DNA of 64,000 nucleotides. It comes from Auanema rhodensis (lineage: Eukaryota; Animalia; Nematoda). The stretch is from positions 9,548,001 through 9,612,000 of the forward strand of contig OZ059900.1 in NCBI GenBank assembly GCA_964057225.1, given 5' to 3'. Under the pieces are notes generated by a model. The model saw only the letters and a list, made by a program, of their open reading frames with translations, was not told where the DNA came from and searched no databases. The position numbers were made by a program, and so were the translations under genes. This document shows, piece after piece, positions 50,759 through 64,000 of this stretch. Every line of letters begins with the position of its first letter. Position 1 is the first letter of the stretch.

Positions 50759-52281
50759 GATAAATTGAGATGGATGCACATTCGTCATTGGAGATTTGTC
50801 AAAGTTGGCTGGATCTGCTGAAAATAGCTTCATAAACTAATCAAGCTCACTGATAAATCTGACATTTTCAATCAAATCAATGAGTTTTTTCAGCTGCTCA
50901 ATAGCTGTAGCCGCTTTCTGGTATTGAATTCGACTTGTTTCAGATCTAAGAATCAGAGTATAAGCCTATTGCAACGCTATGAAATGGCTTACATATTCTG
51001 TTTTGGATAAAACTCATTGGTAATCATAATCGGTTGCTTTATATCTCGTGAGCAATTATTTTTCTATAACACATGAAGCAATTAAATCAAATCCAGCGAT
51101 ATCAAAAAAAACTTTTTGTAAATGAACAATCAATTCTTCTAAGCCCTCAATTGCTTTCAGAGCTTTCTGGAAATAACGCAGTTCTTTGTTTCTGAAATGT
51201 TAAAGTAATGATTCAAATTTTATTTAAATAAATATTCTTTACATTTCATTTAGCTGTGGGCTATACACGGCTGCAATAAAGTTATCAGATTTCGATACAT
51301 CCAAGTTAAGAATAGGATATTTCTGAAGAAGAAGAAACAAATTAATAAAAAGTGAAATGAAATTCTACCTGTAGGAAATACTTCTTCACGTGCCAACTCA
51401 TTGTCAATCGAACTGTATGCAAATGAGAAAAAACGAAGAAGAAGAAGAAGAAGAAGCAACTACTGGTTTGTTATTGCATGAATTTTTAATGTTGACTAAA
51501 TTACGCCAAAAATGTTTTGACAACTAATAGTTTTATCAACATCGTCAGAGAAAATAATTGTGTTGATTGTATATTCGAAAGCAATGGACAGACATCTCTC
51601 TGAAATTTAGAGAAATATGAAATAGTAATTAAACATGTGAAGAATTAATTTTTAAAATTTATGATTTGAATGAAAAAGACATTCAAATCAGCTATTATCA
51701 TGATAGTTAGAAAAGATTTGATGATTTTTTGAAAAATAATTGGATACATGTGAAAGATAAGGAATTTTAATGAAAAAAAAAGATGAATTCTTCCAGACAA
51801 TAGGTTCCTCATGTGATATTGCACAGATAAAATAATGCAATTCGGCGAGGAAAACAGATAAATGTAAATTTGGACTTCGATCTCTGAACAAATACTCATT
51901 TGGTGCGGTTAAGCAAATGTGTGGAACAGTTGAAATCTCAGTTATTCAACTAATCGTCTTGAAAAGTTGAACAAGTGATTAGAGAAGCTGATAATAGTAT
52001 AGTGAAATGAATTGAAGTCTATGTGCATTATAACATAATCCGTTTGTTATACATCAACATAATAAGACGATATTTTGTGTTATAATTCTTTTCTCGAAAG
52101 GTAGAGTGTAAAATGTGTCAGTATATAGTGCTATTATCTGATAAGAACAAATAATCTGGGAGGTTTTGTGATGTTTCATCTTGCTTGCCCAGCCCCCTGT
52201 AGACTTTTGCTCAAGAACAGTGGTCAAGACTATTTAAGGCTCAATTCCTGATACAGACTTCCATTTCTGCCAGTTAGGAGC
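50759..52281 (-). pseudogene. Decayed multi-exon gene of unknown product
   Basis: Several exon-like blocks after TTTCAG/TTAG acceptors with protein-like reads interrupted by stops, e.g. NKELRYFQKALKAIEGLEELIVHL...VIEK*LL, SETSRIQYQKAATAIEQLKKLIDLI...ELD*FMK, ERCLSIAFEYTINTIIFSDD. No recognisable family; boundaries approximate. Confidence 0.4.
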
Positions 52282-53040
52282 TGAAAGAAATGTCATCTCT
52301 GACATGCAAAAAAGCTTGTTCAGAATGGTATTTCTAACTTGAATAAGCGATATATCCTTAAATAGTTTGAAAAGTATTTCAAACTCATTCTGTTCATGTT
52401 CATTGTTTGTTTAGCAGATATGGCTGTGGTGCAGTGCTCTAATTGAGTTAAATATATGATTTTGTTGTTGTACTTCTTCTATTTAACAACTTCTTGTCGT
52501 AATAAAATGTTATTCTCTTATATTTTTTTCGAGAATTTCACTATGTAATCAGTAGTATCCGAGAAACAAAAGTGAAGATGAACAGTTGATTTTCTTGGTT
52601 TGTTATCACTTTGATCTTTGAGTATCATAACAAACTGTACCCGGTACACTTCTTGAGCTTTCAAACCATTTATACGACTTCAATCCAATGATAGAAATAG
52701 AATTGCAATATTTAATAGGCAATTGGAAGCTTTTACGATATTCTCCACGTACCGAGTTCTTGATTTTATATCGTTTTTCCTCTCTATGTCTCTCTATAAT
52801 GCATATCATTTTGCATCATATCACTCATCAAATGTTATATGCTTATTGCAGCAGCAATCAGTTAATTTTATTTTTATTCCTTGATTCTCAGAAGTTGAAT
52901 GAGCCTATTCAAACATTGGTCTTCTATCCAACTCAAAAACCACTGTTACACAAGTTTCCTTGTATTCTCGTTATCTTGTTTCTATATAACTCCTAATCCA
53001 GGATATGTAATATTATATCTAACTAATCACATAATTATAG

Positions 53041-56000
53041 ATGGATGTAGCGAATCTATCGCAGGAAATAAATGATCTCAAAGCACAATTATATACATTA
53101 GAGAGAGATTTATCAGAAAATCAGAATGCTTTCTTCTTGTGTTCTATGGCTCTAATCATTTTTCGTAAGTTGCTCATCAACAACTTTATCTTTCAAATTG
53201 GATTTGAAACAAATTCTGATATTATAGTTATGCAATGCGGGTTTGCTTTTCTTGAAGCTGGAGCCGTCCGTAGTAAAAATACAACAAACATTCTTATTAA
53301 AAACTTATTAGATTCTTGTATGTTACAGTCTAACTATGCCGAATAGCAGTTAACTCAAAATAATTATTAGGTCTTGCTATTGTTGGTTATTGGTCTTTGG
53401 GTTGGGCTTTTGCCTTCGGTACATCTTCAAATGAAGTAATTGGCTTATTTATTGGACATACGGAATTTTTCTTAGCTGGAATGACCGATTATCCAAAGTA
53501 TATAGTTTGATTCATAACATAAAAATTACAAAAAAATCAATTCACCTCAACATATAAAATGATTTTCAGATTTTTTTTCCAATACGTTTTTGCCGCCACA
53601 TCAGCTACAATTGTGTCTGGAGCTGTAGCGGAACGTTGTGAATTCTTTAACTACGTAACATATTGTACTGTTATCTCGAGTAAGTTTAATATAGAATTAT
53701 TCATAAAAATAGCTTTGCTGAACAATTAAATGACTCGTAAAGAGCTTTGTGCCGCTCTTTTTGTCAAAAAGAATTATTTTGAAGTGTTCATTGGAAATAT
53801 TACAAAGATTATGCAGTATTGACTTATACTTTAATCAATCGTATAGCATTCGTTTATCCAATCTTGACACATTGGGGTTGGAATGAGGAAGGATGGATGT
53901 ATAAGGGAATTAAACATGGTGATATTCATACCACTTATCTGGTAATACAAGCAGCAGTTTGATGAATATGAACGCATTTGATTGTTTTAGGATTTTGCTG
54001 GATCCGGAGTTGTTCATCTCTGTGGTGGAACTATCTCATTTGCTGCTGCTTATATTATTGGACCTCGTATTGGACGTTTCCCAGAGGATGGAGAAGAAGA
54101 ATCTATTGAAATCAAGGGTCACAGTGTACCAGTGAGTTGCTGTAGAATTTCAATTTCAAAAAGTTATATAATTAAATTTTCATTATGAAAAAAACAAAAA
54201 TAAGATTTTTATTTGAATAAAAAAGTTTATTGTAGTTTGCTGCCTTGGGAGGTTTCATTCTCATGTTCGGTTTCCTTGCTTTCAACGGAGGTATTTTGTA
54301 GCGGTTTGAGAGTCTGATGCATATTTTACTTTTCAAGGATCAATGGCTGATATTGTGAAGGCCGGTGAAGGAGAAATCGTTGCTCTTGCAATGATCAACA
54401 CCATGTTATGTGGTGCTTTTGCCGCTTTAACTTATCTTCTTATTCATTACCTCTTCAACGGAAAATGGACTCTGCTTCTTACTATCAATGCTTGCTTAGC
54501 TGGTAAGTACATGATTTAGAAGCTGGTTGAAAAGTGAAATCAGCAGGAAGTAGTTATACTGTATTTAGATATAATTATATAGTTATACATACATGTAGGT
54601 GCATAAAAACGAGTTAATATGCTATATGTTAGCATATTTGATTATATGCTTAAGACACATAATTTCCAAAGAAATTATTACTATGATATCATTTTGAGCA
54701 TAAACATTCGCACTGCTAATGCGCTACATTTACAGCTTGCTCGTCATATCAGGCAATGCTTCGTTAATTCGCGGAAAACTGTTGGAGCGTTCAATTTTTA
54801 TTGCCAAAATTGCTTATCATGAATGAAAAATAAAATAGCTGTGATGCAATATAATATTCAGATTTGAATTTATATTCAATATAATTAAAAACCAATGAAA
54901 AATTTTATATTTATGTTTGTATTTCAAGGTATGGTGTCATCTTGTGCTGGGTGCAATAATATGGAGCCATGGGCCTCTTCATTTACAGGAATTGGAGCCG
55001 GTCTTATCTACTTAGGACTGAGCAAGTTAATGATTAGGTATGTTCATAAAAAGTCTTGTTCTATCGTATATACCTTCAAAATTTCATTTTGATTTTATGA
55101 TGTTCGATTTTCTGCTCTTTTGCCTTGTTTGACACAATTTAATCTGTTAAAAGACTCGGCTAATATCAACTGCTTATAACAGTGAAAATGTGATAAAGCA
55201 CTGAATAAGTTTAATCTAGTTGTAATCAGTAGTTTTTGAGACAAGATTGATAAGAGAAAAATGAAAACAAGACGACAATTAAAGGTTGTGTTTTTAGATG
55301 GAAAATTGATGATCCATTGGATGCTTTTGCTGTACATGCTGGAGGTGGATTCTGGGGACTGTTTTCAACTTGCATAATCTGTAAGAGATAACAATGCAAG
55401 TATATGAAAGTAAACAATACAAATGTTTCAGCTAAACAAGGAATTGTTTATACTGTATATGATGCTGCTGCCGGGCTACCTAATAAGCGTCTTGTTGGCC
55501 AAGCTTTTGCTGTAAGATGAAGTGATTTTGATTGGTTTAATCAATTCATTGCAGCAACTTGGATGGCAAATGATTTGCGTTTTGGCTATTATTACTTGGT
55601 CACTTTTGTGGATGGTACCCATTTTCTTGCTTCTCAGAAAGGTTTTCATTTGATTTATTCAATTTTTTTATTGGTCCATTCCAGATTGGCAAATTACGTG
55701 TAACCGAAGAGGTTGAAATTAACGGTTTGGATATTTACAAGCATGGTGAAGCTGCTTATCCACTTCATGCTTACGGACATGGATGGGACGAGTTTGAAGC
55801 TGTAAAGGTTGACTCAAGTCAGAATCAAAGTATTGAACATCGCAGAAAATCAGTGATGCCATCTAATCAAGAAAGTAAGCCTAATAATAGTTCATATCAA
55901 CGCTGATCAGTAGCAGTTTTAAAACTATTTACACGACGAATACAAGACACGTGATAACAAATTTAGTGAATTTATTATTTTGATAACTGATTATAAAAAT

Positions 56001-56495
56001 AAGTAACCGATCAGATCTTATCTATGGTGAAAAATTTCAGTTTCATTTGAACAATTAGCTGCTGCTTATGATCGTCGTACCAGCATTGCACCGACTGGCT
56101 TCGGTAATCCTGTACCCGGTCCCCGCAAGAAGAGTTTGTACATAAATCCCAAGCAGTATGAACACCCTGAGCATCATCATAAGGCTAAGGATCGCAATGA
56201 ACATTCACGAAATGTGAGTAAAAAATTTCTTGAATAGATGAAAATCGATCTAATTGCTTAATTATATATAATATATCTCTGCAATATTTTGAATCTAATC
56301 TGTTTCACAAATGAATGACAGTAGATGATTTTCAAAAATTATTTTCAGGTGATTATCGAAGAAGATGAAACTGAGGACAATCATCCCGAAACCATCCAAT
56401 TGTCCAGAAAGGCTGTTGTCAAACCTGAAGGAAAGACAAATCCAGCTTTTGACATGTATGATGATAAGCCATCTACTCAATCATGGAAGCTTTAA
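53041..56495 (+). CDS. amt-3: Amt/Mep family ammonium transporter with long C-terminal tail (amt-3-like)
   Basis: Multi-exon; motifs [109 protein letters not shown] (both pore His present), [13 protein letters not shown]; last exon ends KPSTQSWKL* at 56495. Family is certain; amt-3 versus amt-1/amt-4 is from recalled similarity and the long tail only. Confidence 0.92.
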
Positions 56496-59400
56496 TAATT
56501 TAATATTAATAGATTTAATATACTATCAGTTGTTTATAGAAGAAAAACGGAATTATAATTATAAGCACAAATATATCATCGATTTGAATGTTGAAGTGCA
56601 ATTTATACATAGCTCTCTATACATATATGCGTATTTTGTTCAAATATGAATAAATAATTTTTAAAAGTTTTGATAATTTGCATAACTATGTCAAGCATAG
56701 CACATAATTAAGCGTTAGAAACACGTGATTATACTTCACAACTGCATATCTGTATATATCCTCAAACAAAAGATGTGATTCATCTGCGTCAAAGCTATAG
56801 AATGAAGTAGTTGAATGCTCAATTCTTTTATGTAGTTCTGCACTCTTGATTGTTACACATAAACACAATGGAAATTGAATTGTTCTACTCTTCTTTTAGT
56901 GTACGTTAAACGCATGTATATACATGCGCATGCACATCCGCATCATTTAGATCTATATTGACGCAATAAACTGGGCGCCAAATTTTGAGCCTAATGTCAG
57001 ACAAAGTATGTTACCGTTAATGTTTTTTTATTTGTTTAAGAACTAACTGATTAAATAACTGAAATTAGTTTTTTCTTTCTAATCAAGACATTCCTTCTGT
57101 CCTTCTAGTGCTTGAATGGCTATATGATTATCCGTTTTTTTTTAACTGAAATTGTTTTTCTGCTATACTTGCAAACCTTTTCCACTACTTTACGAAAAAG
57201 ACCACAATTTTACATTCATTCCCAGGATGTCACGCAATTTTGTTCAATTCAAAGCACTTTTCCGGCAATATAGTTTATGTGTAAAAAATTATATTTGTGA
57301 CCCACCCTCTATTTCAGTCATTTTTACCAAAAATTACTACAATTTGTTGTGACATACTTGAATTTATTAGCTTTGACGCATAAATCTTAACTTTTAAATG
57401 TTTCCGCATCATTTTCACGCTGCTAATACATACATTAATAATTGCTTTGTCAATATTGATAACATTTTTCCATAAAGATTACCTTTTCCGCATAATAAAT
57501 TATAATTTCATGCTATCTAATGAGATGTAAGGATCAATAGGTTCATGTTTTAGTTACATTTATGAAAAATTACTATATTTACACAGTTTTTCTCAAATTT
57601 TCTGAATATAATACTTTCGATTGAAAATTCGGAAGTAGTGCTATTGGCAAAATGTAATGTTCCATATCTGTTTCTTCTAACCTATAACTAATGCATATAG
57701 TAATTTCTGATAATTACACTGTTTATCGCTATAAATCCTTTCCTTCCATCGCTCTCTGAATCACTCAGCATACTATATGGAACACCATATGCGCAGACGA
57801 CAGAATGTGCTTGCTATATGTATTTGCCGCATTGAGTAGTCTCCTGATTCGTAATCCAGGTGCACCTGTCATATTTGATTGTATTATGCTGAGCGAAGCC
57901 GTCAACAAGCAAAGGTCGCGAATTTGTTGAACTGCAATTGTAGAATTATACTTTTCTTTTTTTTTTAACAAGAATAATTTAAATTTTACTTATTTTAAAC
58001 ATTTTTCTGTTCTTTTGGTAATTTTTTAAGCAGAATTGTTATTTCTTTTTAAAGTTATATTAAATTGGCGCATATAGCTATGCATTAATCAATCTGCGAA
58101 AAAAAGCACGAACACCAGATGTTATTAGTTTTCAAAATTGTTTGCGTTTTTTTTTCTGACATTTTCTTCTTATAAGCTTAATTTTACAATTTCTATATAT
58201 AGTGAAATGTGTGGGAAGATTCTAAAACTTTGTGACATTCACATTAGATGAGGAAAAGCGATACCCAATTACTCAACCAAGTGGATTTATCAATGCTTAT
58301 TTGTATCACTACTTAGCTAATTAGAATTATTGAATTCTGGATCTAGAGATGAATTCTCATTTTACAACATCTTCATAGTAAATGGATTTTGATTATGCTT
58401 AATATGCGCTAAAAGTATTATATCAAACTAGATTAATTCATTTACAATTATATTTAATTCCAATATGAATTATTCCTTTTGGACAAAATTATTCAATTCA
58501 ATCAGATATGCAGTTGTTGAGTATTTAGTAGTTGAATATCTTATTCAGAGAGAGAGAGAACTATTTTTATCCTTTCAGTTATCTGTCTTTAATTTTTCGT
58601 GAGCAAAGCTTTTGATGATTTAGCAATTATTCAGAAATATCCAGTTTAGAAGGAAATTGATGTAATCATGATCCCTTCTTATGGCATAGTGCCAAATGTC
58701 AATTCAACAATTACGTTTATAAATGAAGAGATGCTTATATTTTCTTTTTTATCCTTCTCAATCTTTTTTCTTTTTGAAAATCAAAAAGAAGCACATATTA
58801 TAACAGAAATATCTAGATTATATGCATATTTTCTAGATGTTTATGGATATTTTCCAGAGTTCTTTCTATATATCATTGGCTAGTCGTGTTATATAGCGTA
58901 TATTTATATGTACTATTTCAATCAAATTTTCGGAGCAACTTGCCTTGACCAAATCTTCTTCCATTTTCCGGATAATTCGATTTGAAAGGCTGCGAAATGT
59001 TCAAGCATTTTGAAGCAGAATATAAAATTTTTTTGGCGCCATTGTTACAAGCTAGAATGTTAGAAGATATATACGTATATATAAATTATTTTCTTCTTTA
59101 ACTATAAACAATAGAATATTATATTTTATTTATGCATTTGATTAACCAACCTATGAGTGATTTCGAATGTTTCCAATGCTTTCAGCTGTCATTTGTGTTA
59201 GAGATTTGGCTATATCAAGCATAACTATTTACTTTACTGAATGTAGTCTTGGTCTCTATTTGGTGAAATGTTCTGCTAGTGCTTCTTTAAATTATTTACT
59301 AATTACCTTTATTCGAATTTCCATTCAATATTCACCTGAATACAATTCTAATTATCTTTCTTTTAAATGTTTTGCATAGTTAGTTATACTATATAAACTA

Positions 59401-62039
59401 AACTATGTATACTTGTCTATGTTAAGTAAAGTCTTTTGTGTTTCTTGTTGTTCATGCTCATGACCTCATGCTCTATCTCTCTGAATGTGCCATAGCTGCA
59501 TATAAAAGATGACAAGAGAATAGAACGAAGAAGGAGAGCAAAGAGATAGAGAGAGAAAGACAGAGAGAGAAAAGAGAAAAGGGTGGTGAGTACATGTGAA
59601 TATAACTATGGCTGTGTTCACACAGCCAGCCGGAGGCCATTATGACCGCTTCAAAGTAAGAATGGTGCGAATATGTAATAACCTCACACTAATAAGCTCT
59701 TCAGTAGCAATTGTATGCTTACGATGTATTGTCATTTAAATGCTCATGCTTGTTCCAAAGACTGCTCATAACTTAGTGTTATGAATAATGTACGGCATTC
59801 ATCATTTTTCTTCAAACTTTTCAACATGTATACACATATATGTCCATCCATCTATCCATCTATCTATCTGTCGAACAATCTATCTAACTATATAGTATAT
59901 TTTTATTTATTTATGCTTCTCTCAATTCTATTCTAATCGTGTTTAATTGAAAAATAGTTCGTGCTCAGTAGTTCGTATTCATCTTTTTGTTAAACTTTTG
60001 CGGTAAAATTCAATTTCTAGTTAGTTTCAGTTATGCCATTTGAGATATTTATCTTGTTTTTTCACTATATCGCATATGACGTTATGAAAAAAGCAATAAA
60101 AGCAATATATATACTTACAATTACCTCTATTTCAAATTATAGCTTATTAATAGCAATAGAAATTGATTACATATTACGAAAAATACAATCTATCTTATGA
60201 TCTTTATATAAAACTTTGAATAGGAGGTGCATGTAAGATGAAATTCATAAACTATATGCATATCTCAGTTTCAAAATTGCTTAAATTGCTCATACATTTT
60301 AACGTTTTCATTTGAAATCAAATTCTTTTTTTTTTTGATATTTCTTAGTTTTCTTTTTAAGGTTGATAGCATCAACTTATATTTATTTACTAAACATGTT
60401 GTTAATTGTTGCATCAAAAGTGAATCTCCATTTATTAAACGTTCTCATCAAACAAGAAATATCAATGGCTGTGAATTTGTCAACATTCTTCTATCAATCT
60501 TGACCACATGCCACAATACAAATGGGCTACTTGATCGAAGAACATTTTTGACATCTTTTCGGTTAATAACAATCAGACAATGTAACATTTAACTGGTCTT
60601 GTATGCCAAAACAATTGCTTTTCAATATTATAATTTTGTCCAACTGTTTAAAAACTTATCCAAAAATAATATTTTTTAGTTTCATGCCAATTCTTCCAGT
60701 AATGAGGCTATTAAGAGATTGATATAGTATATCATTTCCTATCGAGTATCCAGGCTTTTTCCAACTTATAAGAAGCATTTCCATGTTATATTTAAGAGCC
60801 ATTAAACACATTCCTGCTGTCCTATTTTGCAAGTATTTCAAGCGGAATTTTTTCAATTGTGCGATGCATTTGGTTCACTGCATCTTTGTGCAATTTATTT
60901 TTGAAGCGCTTTCTACAGCTGTAGAACTAGAGTTGAAATAACATTCACTTAGTTTTTTTTTCTCAAATAATTACTACATCCTTAAATGATTCTAATTTTC
61001 TCAGTATGAAAGATATAACTTCATTTTCAAGGAACAAAATTGAATTTTTTTTCATGAAAAGCTTCACATAGTTAAAATAACAAGTAGAGAACAAGTCTTG
61101 GTTAAAAAATTTGTTCCAAAGTTTGCATTTTCGAAATTACTAAACATTCACATGCAGCACTTCTTTGTAAATCCTAGCAACATGCCGTAATGTCTTTCAT
61201 TATTCGTCTCTTTATTGTTCAGACGTTTCTTTGTTCACTGACGGCAGTTTGTCGATTTTCAAAAGTTTTCATACTTTTCTTTTCATCTTTTGATAGAACA
61301 TGATAGCGAAGGGTCAGCCTAGCTAACGTACTAATAAAGCGACAGCGGCCAACTCCTTGATGACATTCATCTGACACATCTCTGCCAATATCTTGGTCTT
61401 CTTTTTGAATTTCTTTTGTCTGTTCCTCTCTTCCATTCTTGCTTTATCTTATATTTTGAAATGCAAGTTGTTGAGATAGCTCGGCTATGACATATACGCA
61501 TACGAGTTACTTTTACGAGCTTCAACCCAGTACACATACATATGTGCATAATGTGAGTATATTGACCAGCACATACATGAAGAAATATGAGGAAATTCGA
61601 TATAACATTGCAGAATAGAAGTCAGTTTTCTAACTTGCATTGGTCAGTTCCAACTATTTTCCCCAACTATTTTTTATAATTTTTCTCAATCTCAATAGCG
61701 CAAGTAACTTATTGAGAGAGAGAAAGTCTTATTCTATACGCGTCCTCTCACTGCTTATTCATCCATCACGGCTTTGTCAGATTTTGTTTTTTTTTCGAGC
61801 AAAAAAGAAAACAAAATACGCTGAAATATAGGCAGTTGAGTTTTCATAAAAATTTTTGTCGGCAACTACGAATCATTATTATTTTTTTCACGACATATTT
61901 GATACGACGTTATATCTAAATGTGAGATTATCTATACAATGTGCGTTAGGTCAGAATTTTGTTCATATTTTCAGCCGTCCGGTTGGTGTTGTTGACAGAG
62001 ACTATTAGCAAACATTGCATTGAAGGTTATTCTTGCCAT

Positions 62040-62360
62040 CTCTCTTATTTCTCTCTCTCTCCCTCTTTCTCTCTCTCTCTCGTTCTCTCTATTCTCCTCT
62101 TTCTTTATCTTTATCTATCTCCCTCTGTTGGTCTCTCTCAATTTCAAAGTCACTTTCATGCTCTTACCTCTCTAGCCCTTTTCCTCTTTGTGAAACAAGA
62201 GAGAATGTACGAGATATACATAAAGCATACGAAAGAAGAAGAAATAGAAAGCAGATGAGAGAATGATTTTGAGCGAACGAGCATACGAAAAGAGAAATGT
62301 AGGAGATGACATAGAAAAGCTATAGAGAATGAGAGAGAGAAAAGGGGAGAAATAGGAAGC
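62040..62360. repeat. Low-complexity CT-rich tract followed by GA-rich tract
   Basis: Imperfect (CT)n runs 62040-62190 then purine-rich (GA)n-like runs to ~62360; a similar GA-rich tract lies at ~59510-59585. Confidence 0.6.
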
Positions 62361-64000
62361 TAGAGCTACGCACAAGGCGATTTGAGTCATGGCCACCGAC
62401 TTCAGTTGTATGATTCTAATCTTGATCTTCCTAACGTCTTTGTGTCCGCTTCCGGGCCATTCTGGCATTTCATTTCAACGACTTCGTTGTTGCTATCATC
62501 TAGTTTTTTTTCCTCGAAAAACACATCAACATACATACACGCGTGCCCCTCGCATACACCCTTTCTAAATCGCACATGTATGCGCAACGAACAGACATAT
62601 GCACCAACTATCTCAAAGGAATACTATATGTAGCCCTCGACTATATGAATATTACATGTTTATATCTGTTTAATAATACTATTATATCAACATTTCTTGT
62701 ATATTCGACATCTATCTGCTATTCTTAGCGTGATGAATATGCTTATATATGCGTATGTGATGCACCTAGTTCCCTAACACTCACAAATCCAGAGCATTTT
62801 ATATAATGTTTGATGCGTATTCTGCTATCTAACCTACTTTTACAACATGTCAGATACTCTCTGTCGTATTTCTACTTTTCGTTATCTTGTATGCATCCAT
62901 CTATCGCAAAGTTCGTAGTATTTCACTTCATCATCTCATGTTATTTATGTGTTTTATACTAGCTACAATGCTTTCTTTAAAAAAATGCCAAATACGTGTT
63001 AGAAGTCAAAATAACATCAATTTGAGTTTTGTTGTCTTCTTTTCCCCTGATAGACTAAATTGAATGTCTCAGTCATACAGCCATACAAGGATATTTTTAA
63101 GTTGAACAAATGGCTTTGTGTATATAGCAATGACCGCAATACAAGTATTTTTACATGTCCTTCCTGTATTTGTATGCACTTTTTGCATTTTATCCTTACA
63201 TTTTCTCAATTATTTCAAGAATCTTTCGACGGGTGAAAGCACATCATTTTTAATTTTTTGTTCTTTCTTATAAACTGCTTATTTTTCGATTTGGCTGTTC
63301 ACCACATTTAATCTTTGTTGATTCTGGACACGCGTTGTATTTCAATGCCAAAAAATATTTTCTCAAGCTGTAAGAATAATTGAGTTCATTTGGATGCTTC
63401 ATCCGTTAATCGGTAAAGACATCACATTTGACTGAGCCTCAAATGTGTGATGTTTAGCCAATTATATTTTTTCAGGTCATTGGAGTGCTTAAAAAGCTCC
63501 AATCAGTGTCAAGAATGTTGACGTTAAATGAGAGAAACAGATCTTCTTCCAGCGAAATGCATACTTAATCGAATTCTCAAGCACATCTAGAAGCGTAGTT
63601 TGCAATTAAACTCTTGCAATTGCCTGCTTTTAAAAATTTCTTTACTTTTAATAGATTTCGAGAGCTATAAATACAAATGAAGGTATATACTAAGTTTTAA
63701 GCTGCAGCTATCTGCCGGAAAAGATCAAAATAACGTTAGTTGGAAGTAAAAATAAAAAAATAGAAGAGCGGTGATAGTTAATTTTTAACTGCATTTTCTT
63801 AAAAGATGGCAGGACTGAATGAACGATTCGCCATGGTGTATATGAGAGTAAAGACGCCTGACTCAAATTAGGCGACGCATATATGTATATGTATATACCG
63901 AAAATGAAAAAGCGCATGCACGTGAGAGACGCAGACAGGAAATGTCACAACTTGTTGTCTACACAACATATATTTGGCAGACTGCCGAGTAACAACAAGA

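Noticed and set aside
53041-56495. Functional link between the ammonium transporter and the secreted-protein cluster
   Set aside because: Only proximity; nothing in the sequence connects them.
60335-60900. Protein-like minus-strand stretch (…HRTIEKFRLKYLQNRTAGMC…)
   Set aside because: Multiple stops, no motif and no consistent splice pattern; possibly a decayed element but unsupported.
62402-62587. Minus-strand ORF ...FEEKKLDDSNNEVVEMKCQNGPEADTKTLGRSRLESYN
   Set aside because: No convincing splice sites or family similarity; the surrounding 56.7-64 kb looks like intergenic or intronic regulatory DNA.

Overview
AT-rich nematode-type genomic DNA (42-65 nt introns, TTTCAG-like acceptors). Left to right: (1) the 3' end of a BEL/Pao LTR retroelement carrying a phlebovirus Gc-like envelope ORF and a 302-bp LTR; (2) a giant secreted, polycationic mucin-like gene on the minus strand (predicted 3 exons, 11,959 aa, one 35.6-kb exon made of about 450 copies of a 78-bp/26-aa unit in three blocks); (3) a cluster of five smaller secreted-protein genes plus a fragment that share an 8-Cys (C6-like) domain, two of them forming the arms of a 6.1-kb inverted duplication with a third in the spacer; (4) a damaged SprT-like protease plus SET-domain gene pair sitting inside that cluster; (5) a decayed minus-strand gene; (6) an Amt-family ammonium transporter; (7) about 7.5 kb with no supportable gene. 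Main finding: once spliced, the giant mucin ends in the same Cys/Trp half-domain, with the same phase-2 intron, as its small neighbours. The locus therefore looks like one gene family in which a single internal loop has grown from about 5 aa to about 120 aa to about 11,800 aa, a candidate cross-linkable extracellular glue/matrix system. All gene models are manual predictions from the sequence alone.
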